Shown in pieces: positions 8,406 through 10,962 of a DNA stretch of 10,962 nt. Under the pieces are notes generated by a model, which saw only the letters and a list, made by a program, of their open reading frames with translations, was not told where the DNA came from and made no database searches. The stretch is from positions 1 to 10,962 of the forward strand of contig NW_021827216.1 in assembly GCF_006345805.1 (NCBI RefSeq). Reading direction: 5' to 3'. Position 1 is the first letter of the stretch. Each line of letters starts with the position of its first letter. Both the position numbers and the translations under genes were made by a program. This DNA is from Octopus sinensis (Eukaryota).

Positions 8406-8714
8406 TCACTGGACTATCATCTCTTCGGCCCCATGAAAGATGGTTTGTGAGGCAAACATTATTCTAGTGATGAGGGAGTGAAAACTGTAGTGAAGAAGTG
8501 GCTCAAAGAACAGTCAACAGAATTTTACGGGGCAGGGATACATGCTCACATTCGAAGGTGAAACATTGCTATTGAGAGATACGGTGGCTATGTTGAGAAG
8601 TATGGATGTGATCCACAGACGACCAGCTTTATTTTGATGTATGATACATGTTCCTATGTTGGTAATTATACCTGTCCTAAACAAAATGGCATTACTTTTT
8701 GACTCACCCTCATA
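8406..8714 (+). mobile_element. Mariner (DD34D-type) transposon 3' remnant with right TIR and TA target
   Basis: Reads DYHLFGPMKDGL*GKHYSSDEGVKTVVKKWLKEQSTEFYGAGIHAHIRR*NIAIERYGGYVEK, the DYHLF...FY..GI..L..RW...I...G.YVE mariner C-terminus, with stops at 8448 and 8559. TIR ggcattactttttgactcaccctca ends at 8712, followed by TA. Confidence 0.9.
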
Positions 8715-8799
8715 TAAGTACTTGGAGCGACTTGTTCAAATTGGTCGCAGTCAGTCTAATGACTGAAACTAGTGAGAAAAAGATAATTTTTAAAAAAAA

Positions 8800-8863
8800 G
8801 TGTGTGCATGTGTGCGTACATGTGTGTGTGTATGTGTGCATTGTTTTGTGCATGCGTGCGTGT
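8800..8863. repeat. TG-rich imperfect repeat
   Basis: Interrupted (TG)n/(TGCA)n. Confidence 0.8.
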
Positions 8864-9009
8864 ATTTTATGTGATGATCAGTTATGTGTAAATTAGGAGC
8901 ACAGTTTTGTGAAGTTTTTCTGGCTCAATAAATCACTATATCATACTTTATCTTCGGCGTTCCAGTACTACTTTTGCCTTCATCATTTTGCACCTATGCA
9001 CCGACACGC

Positions 9010-9011
9010 CT

Positions 9012-9093
<82 letters not shown>

Positions 9094-9094
9094 G

Positions 9095-9130
<36 letters not shown>
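9010..9130. repeat. (CT)n/(TGTC)/(TA)n compound microsatellite
   Basis: Directly visible. Confidence 0.95.
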
Positions 9131-9137
<7 letters not shown>

Positions 9138-9700
9138 CTGCTTAATGACGCAATATAATAGGTACGTATTATAAGTACCCGGGTTGTATTACCATGAAAA
9201 CTTACCTTCTAACATATATATATATATTATATATGCCCACGAAAGTAAGGGAAAAGAGAGAGAGAGAGATTCCAAGAGCGTGTTTTTAGAGAGATAGATA
9301 GAAAGAGGAGAGTGAGGAGAGAGAGCTAACAGAGTGCAAAATAGTGAGATAGAAGGGTTGAGATTGCTAATGGGAGTGGAACAACTTAATACATGTAGCA
9401 ACCGTTTATTATTCGTTTGAAGTCGGTGATAGACTCGGTCGTTAATAAGATTTTCTAGTTTACTACGTCCGTTCAGGTAAAATCTTGTCGCCTGACGAGA
9501 CACAGTGACTGACAAACTCTCCATCCTGCTGGAATGAATCATCAGCTAGATATATAAAAAAAAAACAAGCAAAAACAATAAAGAAAGCAAAAAAAAAAAA
9601 AAAACAAAGAACATATTTATACAAAATTGACCACCGTCGGTTTCTATGGTGACTAAGCTCTTCGATCATCAGAATTTTGAACTTATATTATAGTGCAAAC

Positions 9701-9873
9701 ATGTTTAGCGGTATTTCGTCTGTCTCTCCGTTCTGAGTTCAAATTCAACTCAGGTCGACTTTATCCTTTCGGGGTCAATATGTTAAGTACCAGTTGCGTA
9801 CTGGCGTCGATCTAATCGACTGGCCCCTTCCTCCAAAATTTCGGGCCTTGTGTCTAGAGTAGAAAAGAATATT
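9701..9873 (+). mobile_element. SINE copy A of tandem trimer (5'-truncated, tail type 1)
   Basis: atgtttagcggtatttcgtc...gttctgagttcaaatt...gtagaaaagaatatt; lacks the A-box head. Confidence 0.9.
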
Positions 9874-9886
9874 ACGGATGAGAGAG

Positions 9887-10100
9887 AAGGTGGTGAAGAT
9901 GGCAGAAACGTTAGGACGTCGGACGAAATGCTTAGTGGCATTTCGTTTGTCTTTACGTTCTGAGTTCAAATTCAGTCGAGGTCGACTTTATCCTTTCGGG
10001 GTTAATATATTAAGTACCACTTGCGTTCTGGCGTCGATCTAATCGACTGGCCCCCTTCCCCAAAATTTCGAACTTTGTGCATTGAGTAGAAAAGAATATT
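9887..10100 (+). mobile_element. SINE copy B of tandem trimer (tail type 1)
   Basis: aaggtggtgaagatggcagaaacgttagg...gttctgagttcaaatt...gtagaaaagaatatt. Confidence 0.92.
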
Positions 10101-10111
10101 AAGGATGACAG

Positions 10112-10331
10112 AAGGTGATAAGCTGGCAGAATCGTAAGCATGCCGGGCGAAATGCTTAGCGGCATTTCGTCTGTCTTCACGTTCTGAGTTCAAATGCCGC
10201 CGAGGTCGACTTTGCTTTTCATTCTTTCAGGGTCGATAAATTAAGTACCAGCTGCTTACTGGGATTGATCTGATCGAATGCCCACCCACTTGTCACAAAA
10301 CTTCGGGCCTTGTGCCTAGAGTATAAAACAA
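10112..10331 (+). mobile_element. SINE copy C of tandem trimer (tail type 1, more diverged 3' half)
   Basis: aaggtgataagctggcagaatcgtaagc...gttctgagttcaaatgccgcc...gggccttgtgcctagagtataaaacaata. Confidence 0.9.
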
Positions 10332-10353
10332 TATATATATATATATATAATAA

Positions 10354-10412
<59 letters not shown>

Positions 10413-10521
10413 ATACACATATGAATGTATTTATTTATGTATGCATGCATGTATATATGTCTGTACATATATATTTATGTGTGTATATGAAAGTATGTAT
10501 ATGTGCATGTTTCTATACGCG

Positions 10522-10551
<30 letters not shown>
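10332..10551. repeat. (TA)n/(TATG)n compound microsatellite
   Basis: Directly visible. Confidence 0.95.
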
Positions 10552-10552
<1 letters not shown>

Positions 10553-10850
10553 ACGGGAAGCTTTATGAAAATAAACAAAAGACGAAGGCAGGTGAAGTAC
10601 AAACAAACAATTATATTAGTATGGCGCTCAGGAATATAAATAAAACAAATCTTTTACGTTTCGAGCCTACGTTCTTCAACAGAAAGATACACAGAAAAGA
10701 AACACGGAGAGAAACAAGGACAGGAAAGTAATGCGTGCAGAAGCTAGCGATTCAACATGGCGATCTGATTCCGGCCAGAAGTCAGAGATCAAACGTGAGA
10801 CGCAAGAGCGAAAATAGGGGAGATAACAGGGTCAAAGGACTTCGCCCCAA
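10552..10850 (-). mobile_element. Probable Penelope-like element terminal repeat
   Basis: Contains the minus-strand gaagaacgtaggctcgaaacgt motif typical of Penelope-like terminal repeats and ends at a (TA)n tract. The sequence resembles a common octopus repeat by recall. No RT or GIY-YIG coding seen; extent beyond ~10720 uncertain. Confidence 0.5.
10649..10688 (-). ncRNA. Minimal type I hammerhead-ribozyme-like motif (variant core)
   Basis: Reads AUCUUU-CUGUUGA-A-GAA-CGUAGG-CUC-GAAA-CGUA-AAAGAU: perfect 6-bp stem I, core with A6 changed to U, short stem II, loopless palindromic ACGU stem III, GUA triplet. Confidence 0.5.
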
Positions 10851-10857
10851 CATAAGG

Positions 10858-10962
10858 GTGTGTGTGTGTATGAGAGAGTGTGTAGTGCGTATGAAAGGTC
10901 TGGACGTGTGTATGTATGTATGATGTGATGTGTAATGTCGTATGGTGTAGTGTAGAGAGAGG
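10858..10962. repeat. TG-rich low-complexity tract running off the window end
   Basis: Interrupted (TG)n, (TATG)n, (TGTGA)n, (TGTAG)n. Confidence 0.75.

Noticed and set aside
8223-8450. 75-aa ORF as a real chimeric gene
   Set aside because: Starts inside a SINE tail and stops at a decay-derived TGA; best explained as juxtaposed transposon fragments.
9701-10331. Regular ~225-bp repeats with spacers as a CRISPR-like or tRNA array
   Set aside because: Units are long, diverged SINE copies in eukaryotic DNA with no cloverleaf, no cas genes and related rather than unique spacers.

Overview
AT-rich, microsatellite-dense animal genomic DNA with no complete protein-coding gene. The repeat families match, from my recall and not from a search, those typical of Octopus (coleoid cephalopod) genomes, so the window is probably intronic or intergenic. 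It contains six copies of one tRNA-derived SINE family (three in tandem at 9.7-10.3 kb), a CORE-like SINE fragment and three Tc1/mariner transposase remnants. There are also two remnants of restriction-like-endonuclease (RLE) non-LTR retrotransposons: an R4/Dong-like 3' end abutting a 430-bp (TATG)n array, and a CRE-like fragment split by a SINE. A possible hAT MITE, a mitochondrial 12S rRNA-like fragment (NUMT) and a probable Penelope-like terminal repeat carrying a minimal hammerhead-ribozyme-like motif are also present. A few short exon candidates and an RFX X-box are weakly supported. Most listed ORFs are artefacts of simple repeats or decayed transposons. I see no clearly new biological system; the best leads are the hammerhead-like motif, the microsatellite-associated R4/Dong insertion, the NUMT, and a microsatellite block flanked by 8-bp direct repeats.
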